DNA of 64,000 nucleotides from Balamuthia mandrillaris (lineage: Eukaryota): positions 124,001 to 188,000 of the forward strand of contig JAVKOQ020000009.1 in assembly GCA_031835245.2 (NCBI GenBank). Direction: 5' to 3'. Below are positions 14,195 to 24,838 of this stretch, piece by piece. The notes under the pieces were generated by a model. The model was not told the origin of the DNA, ran no database searches, and was given only the letters and a program-made list of their open reading frames with translations. How positions within the stretch are numbered: position 1 is the stretch's first letter; each line of letters starts with the position of its first letter. The position numbers were made by a program, and so were the translations under genes.

Positions 14195-17100
14195 CTTGTT
14201 GTTGTTGTTGTTGTACTTCTTCATCTTATTCTTGTTCTTCGTTGTTGTGCACGTCGTTTGTCTTCTTTATTTGTCATCATCTTCTTTTTCTTGTTTTTAC
14301 TAAGTTTCATGAAACAAAAAGCAAACTTTGGGATGGAGCATGGTTGCAACAAAAACGGGGTGTAAATCGTTGCTCACCCATCAACAAGTGACAGTTGAAT
14401 CACTACAAAGTCAGATGATGTTATGCGGACGTTTACTTGTTAGATTGTCAGAGCAACAACCATGGATCGAGCGCCACTGTGTCCTCGTCAATGGCTCTAT
14501 CCACTTGTTTGCCAGTGATGATGTATGTACCTTTTACTTCTCCTTGCGCTTCTTGCTTACTTTGAATGTTAGGCAAACGAAAAGAGTCAAGAAACCATAT
14601 CATTGACTGGTTGTTACCTCCTTCAAGAGGTTAGCAGCATTACCGCTCCAACTCTTGCATCCTCCACAAAGTCATTCTTTGCGTTTGGCGTGAGACTGCC
14701 TCCTTCTCTACTAGCACCTTCTTGTTGTATATACTTTGGAACCCCATCAGAAGAAGAAAGAGAAAGATGGACGGTTGCTTTATCCACTACTCTCGTTTTT
14801 GCCAACAAGTCAGTCAACGATATTATCTCTTCACCAAGCTCTTCTTCTTCCTCCATAGCTTCTCTTTCTTCGGGAAAAACGAAGAGGAGTGAAGGAGGAA
14901 GAGGAGAATTAGCAAGATATTCAACCAGTGATTTAATTCAAGCTGACCCTTCCCCAAAGAAAATGCAAAAAGGCATTGTTAATCGCGGCCGTAGTGCTTC
15001 TTGTGAAGATGTAAGCCTCTCTGTCTCTCCTCTCCTCTCCTCTCCTCTCCTCTCCTCTCCTCTCCTCTCCTCTCCTCTCCTCTCCTCTCTCTCCTCTCCT
15101 CTCTCCTCTCCTCTCCTCTCCTCTCCTCTCCTCTCCCTCTCCTCTCTCTCCTCTCCTCTCCTCTCCTCTCCTCTCTCTCTCTCTCTCTCCTCTCCTCTCT
15201 CCTCTCCTCTCCTCTCCTCTCCTCTCCTCTCCTCTCCTCTCTCCTCTCCTCTCCTCTCCTTCCTCTCCTTCCCCTCACTTGTTAATTTCATCGTTAGAGA
15301 CCAATTGAACAGAAACACAAGAAAAAGATAAAAAGGCAGAATTCCCATAATGTGGGGTTGCACTCTGCTTCGTCGACGTCTAATGCATCTGCTGTTGGAA
15401 AAAAGGTTTTTTTCAATGACAGCTTCCCTCTTACAAAGTTGCAGTTTCTGAATCTATGTTGTTATAATTTCATCAGGAACGACCTACAGTAGAATCTTTG
15501 TTGGATAAGACGGACAGGGCTTCATGGATGCACAAGAAAGGACTGAAGAATCAATCTTGGAAGCATCGATACTTTATGCTTTGTGGCAATGAGCTCTACT
15601 ACTTCAAGAAGTCCAGTGTTCGTTTGCTTTTCTCACTCCATCTTCTTTTATTATCTGGCAATAACGCGATACTGTTTCTCTTTCACCAGTTTTCTGCGAA
15701 AGCAATCAACAAAGTGGTCCTTTCAGGCAGCAGAGTATTCTCATTGCATGGAGACAAAAAACATCCTTATTGTATTGACCTTTACATCTTTTCTGAGGAT
15801 CGCCATTACAATCTGTCTCTCTCGAGTGAGACCGAGCGAGACATTTGGGTTGTGCCTCCTCTTTTTTACTTCTCTATTTTTGTCTTATACTTGTTTTTTC
15901 TTTTCAGGTGCAACTCTTGCAAAAAGTTCGTCAACGAGTACTGGTGCCAATTTCCTCTGTGGGGAGATCTACATCTGTTGCGGGACAAACGGAAGAAGAC
16001 GAAAAAGAACAAACAACTGACCACTCACCACGAGATTATACCTTGTGGGTAAAAAGCAACGACAACAACAGCCCATCTGCAACTATTCCTACTTCTACGA
16101 GTTCACCACAACTCTACACCGCAAGAAAAACTATAACCACAATTGAAGAAGAACCAGAAAAAAACAAAGAGAAAGAACGTGCAAAAGAAGGATTATTTCA
16201 TTCTTCGCCGCTATTCACTCGAAAACGAGCACTGACAAAGAACGAAGTTGAAGGAGTGAAACGAAGCAACTCATTTGAAGAAGTAGGAGGAGGCGTAGCA
16301 GAACGGGTGGAAGAACGACAGGACGACAACATCGTCTTGTTACACAAAATACGACAATTGGCTGAAGAAGGCAAATTGGAGGAGATAGACCGGATATTAA
16401 CGCATCACGACGCGATGAAAAGAAAAACGCAACAGCAAAAATGGCATGGCGCTAAAACAAAAAAGCAACAAAAGAAGAACAAAGCAGAACCAGAAACGAC
16501 CGGAGAAATCGATGATTTAAGTCTTAGCGGAAGCGAGATCAGAGTAAAGAAAAGTAATGCAGTAGAACGAAACAAACAGCACAAGGGAATGATAGAACAA
16601 CCAAACGAAATTCATAAAGCGGAAGAAGAAGAAGACGTAGGCGATACAACATTAACACATTGTTGTAATACAGATTTATCCATCATCGGTGAAGACGAAA
16701 GCAATGATGATCACGAACAGCAAACTTTCAAAGAGCTTTGTTACACGTCTACCATGAACGATTGTTTCTCTGACAGCGACAACGAATACACCGACTCTTC
16801 TTCTTCTTCTTCGTCATCTTCATCCGACCAAGAAGACGAAACTGAATCAACTGAAGACGTCTTTCTTTCTCCCAGCAACACCTCGATTCACACAACGAAA
16901 GAAGGTAGGGAGAATTGGCGAAAGTCTTTGTTGCACATTCGCGATAGGAACGGACAGACGTTGCTTCATGTGGCTGCTGAAGGTGGCAACATCGACTTTG
17001 TAAAACGCCTATTAGCCTGCGAGGGATGCGATCTTGAGGTCAAAGATGTGACGCACGGATGGACCGCTTTGCACGTGGCAATCATCTACAGTCATTACTC

Positions 17101-18284
17101 TCTCGCCACGTTCCTTCTCAACTTCAAGAAAACATCATCAGCAACAAACACAACAAATACAACGGAACAAAAGAAGGAGAAGAAGATGAAAACTGTGGAA
17201 GCAGATGTAAACGCTGTTTCGGATGATGGAAATACAGCGTTGCATTATTTGTGCAAGAAGTGGTTTGTAGAGGAGAGGGAAAGAACTGTGGAGGAGGAGA
17301 AGCAGTACGTAGAAGCCATGGCGCTGCTGCAGAGCTTGTTGGCCAGAGGCGCTTCTGTCAATGCTCTTAACTCCGATGGAGAGACTCCGTTGCATTGTGC
17401 TGTGTAAGTTTTTTTAAAATATGTTTTCTAACGTTACTGTTTGTTTTCCTTTTATATGTTCAGCGCTGATTTGCCGTTTTTCTTTTTTCAAAGGAGCACA
17501 AAATAATGTTGAAGCAGTTCGATTGCTTCTTGACTATGGAGCAGATCTCTATCTTTGCAAAACGTTTGTGTTATCCTTCACTTGTTTTCCTTTGGTCTAC
17601 TGGACTAAATCGTCTCTTCTTCTCTTATTTTCTTTCTCTCAAGCCTTGCATTCGCTGAGAAAGAACGTAAAGGTCTGCTTCCTATTCTTAAGCTGTACGA
17701 GAATCGGCGATCTTCCACACCCAATTCGGTCGCATCAGTTGCCCCCTTTGAATACAAAAACTCCCCAAATAACTTGCGAATAGGCACAAGAGGAAATGGA
17801 ACAGGTTCTTTTGTTGGAGAGCTTCTGGTCACAGAAGGACCTGCTTCTTCTCCTACTATGAGAAGTACTACCACAAATACCGAACCAATTTCATCTCCTT
17901 CCTCTTCACATACTGTAACCTTTTCTGGTGTTTCTTCCTCTTCTTCCTCAGCGAGCAACAATAGCAGCACCACCAATTCTTCCTCTGCCTCTGCTTCTAC
18001 TCTGCGGCGGATTAGCAGCCGTTCTGTTATGCTTTGGAAAGCAAGGGTGAGTCGTTCTTTTCCTTTTGGTTGTGTTATTGCTTATTTTTTTCACATGTGT
18101 AAAACAGAAACAACTGTGCGTGGGCGATTTGATGACCCAGCAAACTGTAAATCTGGTGGCGTCTGGCACCCTCAAAAAACTGGGCGAGAAACGAAAGACC
18201 TGGAAGAAGAGATTCTTCATCCTCCACGGCGCTGATCTCTACTACTTCAAAAAATCCAACGTACCTTCTCTCTTCTTTCTCTTC

Positions 18285-18336
<52 letters not shown>

Positions 18337-18654
18337 TCTCTTAAGTCGCTTCTTGCTCTCTCGCTTTCTGGTTCTCTTCCCTTCACTTTCTCTAGCTTTG
18401 CAACAGGAAAAAATGTTCTGAATAACTAACTTAACAACAAAACACAACAGTCCAGCAGCAAAATGCAAGGCGTGATAGAGCTGAAGGACTGCAGCGTGAA
18501 AATAGCGGACGGATCAACAAGCAACAAACGCCCCCATCCGTTCTGTTTGGACCTGCACCACCGGCCCTCAGGGCGGCATTACATGTTGGCAGCGGAATCC
18601 GATAAGGCTCTTCGCTGGTGGCTTCAACAGATACAACAACAACAAACTGTATGA
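12314..18654 (+). CDS. Large multi-exon protein: C2 domain, membrane hairpin/TM region, PH domains, ankyrin repeats, C-terminal PH
   Basis: C2-like N-terminus (KIGHLRLQ..., FCSVIFEGEERTT, TWRDVFEL, YGRVELSIAEL). MCTP-like TM region (LFRWKNKAASAFAL; WEFKNPVTS). PH motifs WMHKKGLKNQSWKHRYFMLCGNELYYF and GTLKKLGEKRKTWKKRFFILHGADLYYF. Ankyrins GQTLLHVAA, GWTALHVA, GNTALHYL, GETPLHCA. Confidence 0.75.
14110..14213. repeat. (TTG)n intronic microsatellite
   Basis: Direct reading. Confidence 0.95.
15018..15272. repeat. (CTCCT)n-type intronic microsatellite
   Basis: Direct reading; follows a GTAAGC donor. Confidence 0.95.
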
Positions 18655-18699
18655 CAAAAGAGAAACAGGGAGGGGGAAAAAAAAGGGTAGATGCTTTGT

Positions 18700-19845
18700 T
18701 CATTTTGCTTTGAGCAGCTCTTCGATTTCGCTCCAATCCTCGGTGGAAGGATGGCTCTTCTTGTGCCCATCTTTCTCTTCCTCATGGCAAGCATCACACA
18801 ACAGCTTTTGACATTCCTTGCAATATCTTTCCGGCACGCTCTCCTCACACACCTGGCATGCTCCTGTGTCATCGTCCTCGTCCTCGTCTTCGTCCTCTTC
18901 TCCTTCTTCGCTGTCCTCCTGAGCCTCATCCTCTTCTTTTGCTATTTCTTCCATCGCCTTCTTGGCCCTGTCCACTCGAGGCTTTATGGTGGTCTGCCAA
19001 TAATGCTCCCTCAGCGCCGCAAAGTCAAACTGTTCCTTGAGAGGCGCTTCAAAGCGGCTCATCCCCGCCATGATGCTCCCGATCAGCTCCTCATCCACAA
19101 AGGACAGCTTCTCGTCGAGTCGGAGGAGGTCATGGATGTCCGAGACCTGCTTCGCCGCCAGCAACCGGTCCTTCAGCTGTTCCAACAGGGAAAGCCCAAA
19201 CTGGAAGAGCGCCAGGTGGCCTTGGCGCAGGTAGAGCTCGAAGAAGTCAAAGAGGTGGGCAAAGGGGAGGACGTGGATGTTCAGCCCCACGAACCACTTT
19301 TGGCAGTAGGTCTCGGGGAGGATGTAGCGCTCCTCCAGCCGCTTGGCCACGTCGGGGAGGAGCTTCTGCACAACGTGGTGAAAGACCTGGGCATCCACGG
19401 CGAAGCCCACCGCCTCGGCCTTCCAGTAGCCCTCCATGTAGATGTACTTGGGGTCGTTGTTGAACTTGTGGAGGAGGTTGTAGATGTGTGTCTCCTCCAT
19501 GGTGAGCAGGAGGAAGCCGGCCACGTAGCCCAGGCCCTGCTGGTAATCCTGAAAGCGGTGGATGAGGGCGGTCAGCAGCTTGGCCATGCGCTCCCTCTGC
19601 TTCTCCCCCATAAAAGTCCGCTCCGCGTCCTTCTGCACGATGCGTTGGTGCGCCTTGTGGATGGCGTCCAGCGAGGGCCACTCCACCTGCGCGTTTTGCT
19701 CCGCCTCCGAGAGGCCCGCCAGGGAGGGCCACCGCCGCACCCGCTCGAAGATCTCCGCGCCTTGCTGCTCCAAAAAGCCCTCGTCCCTTCCCAACAACGG
19801 CGCCTCGCTCTCCTCCTCCCAGAAATCGGATTGCCGTAACAACAT
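18700..19845 (-). CDS. TBC-domain Rab GTPase-activating protein with C-terminal B-box-like zinc finger, intronless
   Basis: IVQKDAERTF (IxxDxxR), YQQGLGY (YxQ), YCQKWF; acidic linker; CQVCEESVPERYCKECQKLLCDACHEEEKDGHKKSH. Confidence 0.88.
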   Translation of the reverse strand: MLLRQSDFWEEESEAPLLGRDEGFLEQQGAEIFERVRRWPSLAGLSEAEQNAQVEWPSLDAIHKAHQRIVQKDAERTFMGEKQRERMAKLLTALIHRFQDYQQGLGYVAGFLLLTMEETHIYNLLHKFNNDPKYIYMEGYWKAEAVGFAVDAQVFHHVVQKLLPDVAKRLEERYILPETYCQKWFVGLNIHVLPFAHLFDFFELYLRQGHLALFQFGLSLLEQLKDRLLAAKQVSDIHDLLRLDEKLSFVDEELIGSIMAGMSRFEAPLKEQFDFAALREHYWQTTIKPRVDRAKKAMEEIAKEEDEAQEDSEEGEEDEDEDEDDDTGACQVCEESVPERYCKECQKLLCDACHEEEKDGHKKSHPSTEDWSEIEELLKAK

Positions 19846-20046
19846 TTTTTTGAGCGAAGAAATCAATCAACGTGCTGCCCTTTTTTCTTGTCTTGCTTTT
19901 CTTTTTTTTTCTCTGCTTGGCAAGCTTTTCTTCTTTTTTTTCTTGCTGCTGCCCTGTTGGGAAGAAAAAAAAATAAAGATTCCCGCCTTTTTCTGGCAAC
20001 AAAACGGGGAAAAAAAAAGGGAATTCCCTCTGAGGGAAAAAGAGAG

Positions 20047-20119
20047 CTCCTCTGGTTGGGCTCGAACCAACGACCTCCTGATTAACAGTCAGACGCTCTA
20101 CCGACTAAGCTACAGAGGA
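20047..20119 (-). tRNA. trnN: tRNA-Asn (GTT), copy 1
   Basis: 73-nt cloverleaf TCCTCTG...CAGAGGA-G, anticodon loop CTGTTAA, T-loop TTCGAGC, downstream T-tract. Confidence 0.97.
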
Positions 20120-20946
20120 ACTTGGTACCGACGGCAAAAGGTTAGTTCCACGAGCGGAGCTCAGGTGTTGTGAACAGGATAAAACCCCCTTCAGAGTTCT
20201 TGTTGCTATTTTTGAGCAGAGGTAGTTTCTTTGGTATGTTAAAGTTTAAATGGACATGGTTAGTGTTCAGCTCAACTTTTAAGTAAGGTTCGTTTTTATT
20301 TAATCATCTTTATTGTTTGTTGGTAATTATTAATATAAATAACATAATGCTTCTTTCTTTATTCTTTCTCAATGTTATACCACTTTCCCAGAATGAAAAA
20401 AAAGAGATATATATACAAGGAGAGATAGGGATTGGTATTATGGAGGTCTTTTTCCTATGCTCATTGAGTTTGTATTCATTAGGTTGTTTCCCTACTGGAC
20501 TTATTACAATACTTAGTTTATGTTAGCTTCTTGTGCTTTTCAAAAGATTTCTCTTTTGTGGAACTTAGGAACTTTGTTGGTAAAATCACCAACACTTATC
20601 TCAAGACTCCTCATGCAGAATGCCTATTCTTAAGTCTTGATATACTCTAAAGTAATGACAGAGATTCTCTCTAATTGTCTTTTTTTTTTCTTCTGGAATA
20701 CACTCCTTTTTGATTATTTGTCCCTTTTTTTTGTTAAGTTGTACATAACCAACAACTTTCCTTTCTTTTTTTTTTTTTGATACATGTATAAACCTGTAGG
20801 TACCTTAATGGAGTGTAATAAAGGATCCTAAGAATGAATACATTTGCTTAAAACAAATGAAAAAGAGAAAACTTTGGTAGCGTTTTTCATTGATGTTTTT
20901 CAGCTTCTCTACAATCAAAAAAAAAAATCAAAAACAAATAACAAAT

Positions 20947-21019
20947 CTCCTCTGGTTGGGCTCGAACCAACGACCTCCTGATTAACAGTCAGACGCTCTA
21001 CCGACTAAGCTACAGAGGA
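20947..21019 (-). tRNA. trnN: tRNA-Asn (GTT), copy 2
   Basis: Identical 73 nt, exactly 900 bp from copy 1. Confidence 0.97.
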
Positions 21020-21125
21020 ACGTTGGAAAAATGGATTCATTTTTGGATTGTCTCGTCGAAATACATTATTATCACTCATTCCTTTCGGTTAGAATCTCCA
21101 CTTCTTTGGTTAGGCGCCTGTTGCT

Positions 21126-21985
21126 TCAAGATGACTTTGTTGTTGTGGTCTTTCTCTTGTAGAGCAAGCTTGCAAGAGCGGAAGTCACGGCAGGAACGAG
21201 AAGGTCCTTTCGTGGGAGCTGGCCTTGCGTCAACTCGCTGTGCGGATCCTTGGCGTCACCTCCCAATCGTGATGCCAAAGTGTCTCCCTGTTCATTTTGA
21301 GAGAGAGAAGATGGCTCTTTAGCTGTTTGCATGTATCTTCCAAAGAAAGACTGCATGAATGAGTGAGCTTTAAAAAACCCAATACGAACCACCGTAGTGG
21401 AAGCAAATCCTTTCTCTTGTGCTTCCAACACGAATTCAGTTGGTATCTGAAGGCCGGTGCTGGTTTTTTTTTTTTTTTTGAGTGAGCACCGTTGAAAAAG
21501 CAAGATGAAAATAGTCCTTACCTCACCGCAATGCCGCTATTCCCTGCTTTGTCTTCCACAATGATCCACCCAACGTCCATCCACACCTGCCCTTCCTGGC
21601 CGCTCAAAGCGACGGGTACGGCATAGATCCCGTTCTCCACGGCCACAAAGAAATCAAAAATTTTGTCTTTGCTGGCCGCCTTGGTGTTCTCCAGTCGGTT
21701 TTTGCAACCTTTTTTTGTTATCGTCGTAGAAACAAAAGAGAAAGATGAGCCTAAAAGATGAAGGAGAAATGACTCTCTTTTTTTTTTTTGTTTCAATAAA
21801 CCTAACAACGTTTCTTCAGTGCCAACAGGCTGCTCGTTGATCTCAGACGCCGCAGCCACCGAAACGACCTCCACTGAGGTGTTGGGCAACAAAGCACTAA
21901 AGCCCTCGCGCACGGCAGCCTGTTTGATCTTGCTCGTGGAGCCAAGAGCCACTTTTATCACTCTCTCTCCTTCTCTCTCCTCCAT
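21126..21985 (-). CDS. yjjX: Non-canonical purine NTP phosphatase (YjjX/inosine-xanthosine triphosphatase family), multi-exon
   Basis: VALGSTSKIKQAAV, SEINEQPVGTEETLLG-CKNR, FFVAVENGI, ELTQGQLPRKDLL. Confidence 0.85.
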
Positions 21986-22047
21986 GTATAACGTTTTCTT
22001 TGCCAAAACAAAAAAAAGGGTTTTTCTTTGCGTCGACATGAGACGCA

Positions 22048-22868
22048 TTATGCGTGTTGTTCCTCTTCAACTTTCGTTTCTTCTCCATCCTCTTCGTTTT
22101 CTTCCTCTTCATCATCGCCGTTTTCTACTTGGTCTTCATCACCTTCTTGTTCTTCATCATCTTCATCGTCATCATCATCGTCATCTTCTCCACTTCGCTT
22201 CACCGCTTCGTCGTCTTTGGCAGCGTCCTCATCGTCCTCGTCCTCGTCCTCGTCGGATCCATCCTTCTCCAACTTTCTAAAGAAGGTACGACGCTCCCGT
22301 TCTGACATTTTTGCAAGCTCTCTCTCCTGTTGGAGCTGTTGTTGTTTTTTCTCCTCCGGAGTCAACAGTTTTCTATCGGTTTGGTTTCGGTTTCGGTTTT
22401 GTTCGAAGGTAAGACACAGAACAGAAGCAACACCAACCCCGCTCAACAAAAAAACACGAAACGAAAAGAGGAAAAAAAAAACGTACTTGACCACATCTCG
22501 GCTTTCCCTACATTTGGCACACACTCCCTTCTCCCGCGCGCACTTGACACAGAGGTTGTGGTAAGCCCGTGTGATTTCCTTCTCTCCGCAACCCGAACTA
22601 GTAGTTTTTTGAAAAAAGTGGTTGAAGTGAGTAAGGAGAAGGAGACATTTTAAAAAAAAACGGTTTACCATCGCTTCTTGGTTGTGAGGGGCTTGTACTT
22701 GCGGAACTTCTTTCGCCACTCTATGACCTCGTAGCACCGCTGGCAGAGCCCCTCGTTGGGCAAGGAAAGAATGGCTTTGGTCTTCTTGCTGGCCTTGTTG
22801 TGCTTGAAGGCGTGCCTATTTTGGTACTTGGGAGCGCCTTTGGTGGGGTTGCCTCGCCGAGTGGTCAT
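22048..22868 (-). CDS. C9orf85/DUF2039-like Cys-rich protein with acidic tail, multi-exon
   Basis: KYQNRHAFKHNK, GLCQRCYEVIEWRKKFRKYKPL, RAYHNLCVKCAREKGVCAKC. Confidence 0.88.
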
Positions 22869-22982
22869 CTTCGTCCGATTTTGTGCTTTTTCTTTCTTTT
22901 TTCCTTTCTTTCTTTCTGTGGCTAATTTTTGTTCCAAAATTTTTCCATTAACAAAATAGCTTTTAAGGTTGACTTTCGACAA

Positions 22983-23055
22983 TCCTCTGTAGCTTAGTCG
23001 GTAGAGCGTCTGACTGTTAATCAGGAGGTCGTTGGTTCGAGCCCAACCAGAGGAG
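22983..23055 (+). tRNA. trnN: tRNA-Asn (GTT), copy 3
   Basis: Identical 73 nt followed by ATTTCTTTTTTT. Confidence 0.97.
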
Positions 23056-23211
23056 ATTTCTTTTTTTGGTGTCTTTTTGTAATATACTTAAATCAAAAGA
23101 ATGTTTTTCTTTTATTTACTGGTTCATGTATCTAATATTCATGTCTTGGCCAATAAAACTCTCTCCTTGTTCTCCATCCTTGCTGTAGCGATACATATGT
23201 TTTAGGTTTGG

Positions 23212-24619
23212 GGAGGGACCCACTCGAAATTTCAAGGTTTCAAATTTTCAAAGGCCGAGTTTTCATGTAGTTTTCTCATGTCGTCCTGATTGATGGTTTT
23301 TTTTTCCTCATATGTTTTAGGTTTGGGTGTTGTAAAATAAGAACAGGAATGATGGCGGAGACAAAGTAAGTACGAGACCCGAACTTAATTTACTAAAAGT
23401 GAAGAGTACAAGTGATAGTAAAGTATCTTGTGTTTTGTTGTAAGTTGTCCCGAGAGGAAAAAGAAGAAGAAGCAAGGAGAGGCAGTATTTAAGCTAGAAC
23501 AAATATCCAAAAAAGAAGAACAGAGAATATCAGCATAAAAGGGCAGAGAGAGAAAACAACAAGAAAGGAGAAGTTCAAGAAAGGAGAAGTTGGACACCGA
23601 GAGGTTTCCTCAGGTCGACAGGCATGAGGGAGAGGTCGATAGGAAGAGAAGAAGGGCTATTATGTTGGAGTTTTCCAACATGAGGAGGGACTCACTCGAA
23701 ATTTCAAGGTCCAAATTTTCAAAGGCCGACTTTTCATGTAGTTTTCTCATGTCGTCCTGATTGATGGTTTTTTTTTTTTTATCATTGATGAAAAAAAAAC
23801 CAAGAACACATATCAAAGATGCCAAAGACAAGGTTTTGTGGAGTTTGTGCTCATCCTTTGTGTGAGTGCAACAAAAATTCATGTCCTACCAAGAAGAAAA
23901 GAAAACTACAACAAAGGCAACATAAAGGAAAAGAAAAGATGGACACACAAGAAACACCTAGCCAACTTGAAAAAAAGAAAAAGAGGGAAGAAGAGGATAA
24001 GAACTGGTATGACCAAAACCATTGGTCTCAAACTGAATGTAACATGCCAAGTGAGCCAACAGCTAAGGGAGTTGCTTTTGGCCCAAAACACATTTCACCA
24101 GAGGCAGCGTCATCACAACTAGGCATCTTTATGCTTTTCTTTTCTGACTTTTTAGACAATAGTATCATTCCTCTTTTGCAACAAAAGGCAGCAGAGCGTG
24201 CACAAGCCAGGCATCAACATACTGCTCCTTCTACAACACCCTCACACCACAAACGACCCAACTTCACTCATTCTACCTTTCTTTGCTTTCTTTCTGTTGC
24301 TATTGTAATGGGGTTTGCTCCAGCACCAAGAGAACAAGACTACTGGAAAAGAGGAGATGACCTGGAGGGAAAAAGCAACTTCATGAAAGATGATGAGCTA
24401 TGATGTCTATTTTGAGATAAAGTCCTCTTTGTGGCTTTCTTCCACTTCACAGGTGCTACAGCCTTCTTCATCCGCCGTGCCTTACTTCAAAAGGAAGAAA
24501 AAGGGTTCAAAATAACTAAGGACGACATGAGTGTGGCCGCGAAATTTCAACAATTCTGTAAAACTAAATGAAAAATCGCCCTTTGAAAATTTGGGCCTTG
24601 AAATTTCGAGTAGGTCCCC
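23212..24619. mobile_element. Degenerate DNA transposon relic with about 60-90 bp inverted repeats (left end present twice)
   Basis: GGGAC(C/T)CACTCGAAATTTCAAGG..CAAATTTTCAAAGGCCGA.TTTTCATGTAGTTTT-CTCATGTCGTCCT at about 23212-23305 and 23684-23780. Its reverse complement, with an extra ~28 nt, lies at 24519-24619 and encloses a transposase-like fragment. Confidence 0.7.
23819..24403 (+). pseudogene. piggyBac-like (DDE_Tnp_1_7) transposase fragment
   Basis: LGIFMLFFSDFLDNSII...FLCFLSVAIVMGFAPAPREQDYW matches the recalled piggyBac N-terminal pattern (lF.lFf..ll..I ... fl.ll..MG....p...dYW). No DDD catalytic core is visible and in-frame stops follow. Confidence 0.6.
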
Positions 24620-24765
24620 AATCTGACATATCATCATACCTGCAAGTCAAGTTTGGAAAAACTTGAAAGTGCTAGGTAACACACAAGATTGCAAGTAGGA
24701 GAAGGTATATTAGTTTTAACTTAGCAAAAAGATCAGGAAGCCCATAAAGTAAAAAAAAAAGTAAT

Positions 24766-24838
24766 CTCCTCTGGTTGGGCTCGAACCAACGACCTCCTGA
24801 TTAACAGTCAGACGCTCTACCGACTAAGCTACAGAGGA
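24766..24838 (-). tRNA. trnN: tRNA-Asn (GTT), copy 4
   Basis: Identical 73 nt; A10 on the plus strand is the T10 terminator. Confidence 0.97.

Noticed and set aside
18691..19839. 382-aa plus-strand ORF opposite the TBC gene (similar shadows over actin, 45.0-45.7 kb and 47.4-48.3 kb)
   Set aside because: Antisense ORFs are expected from GC3-rich codon usage and show no recognisable motifs
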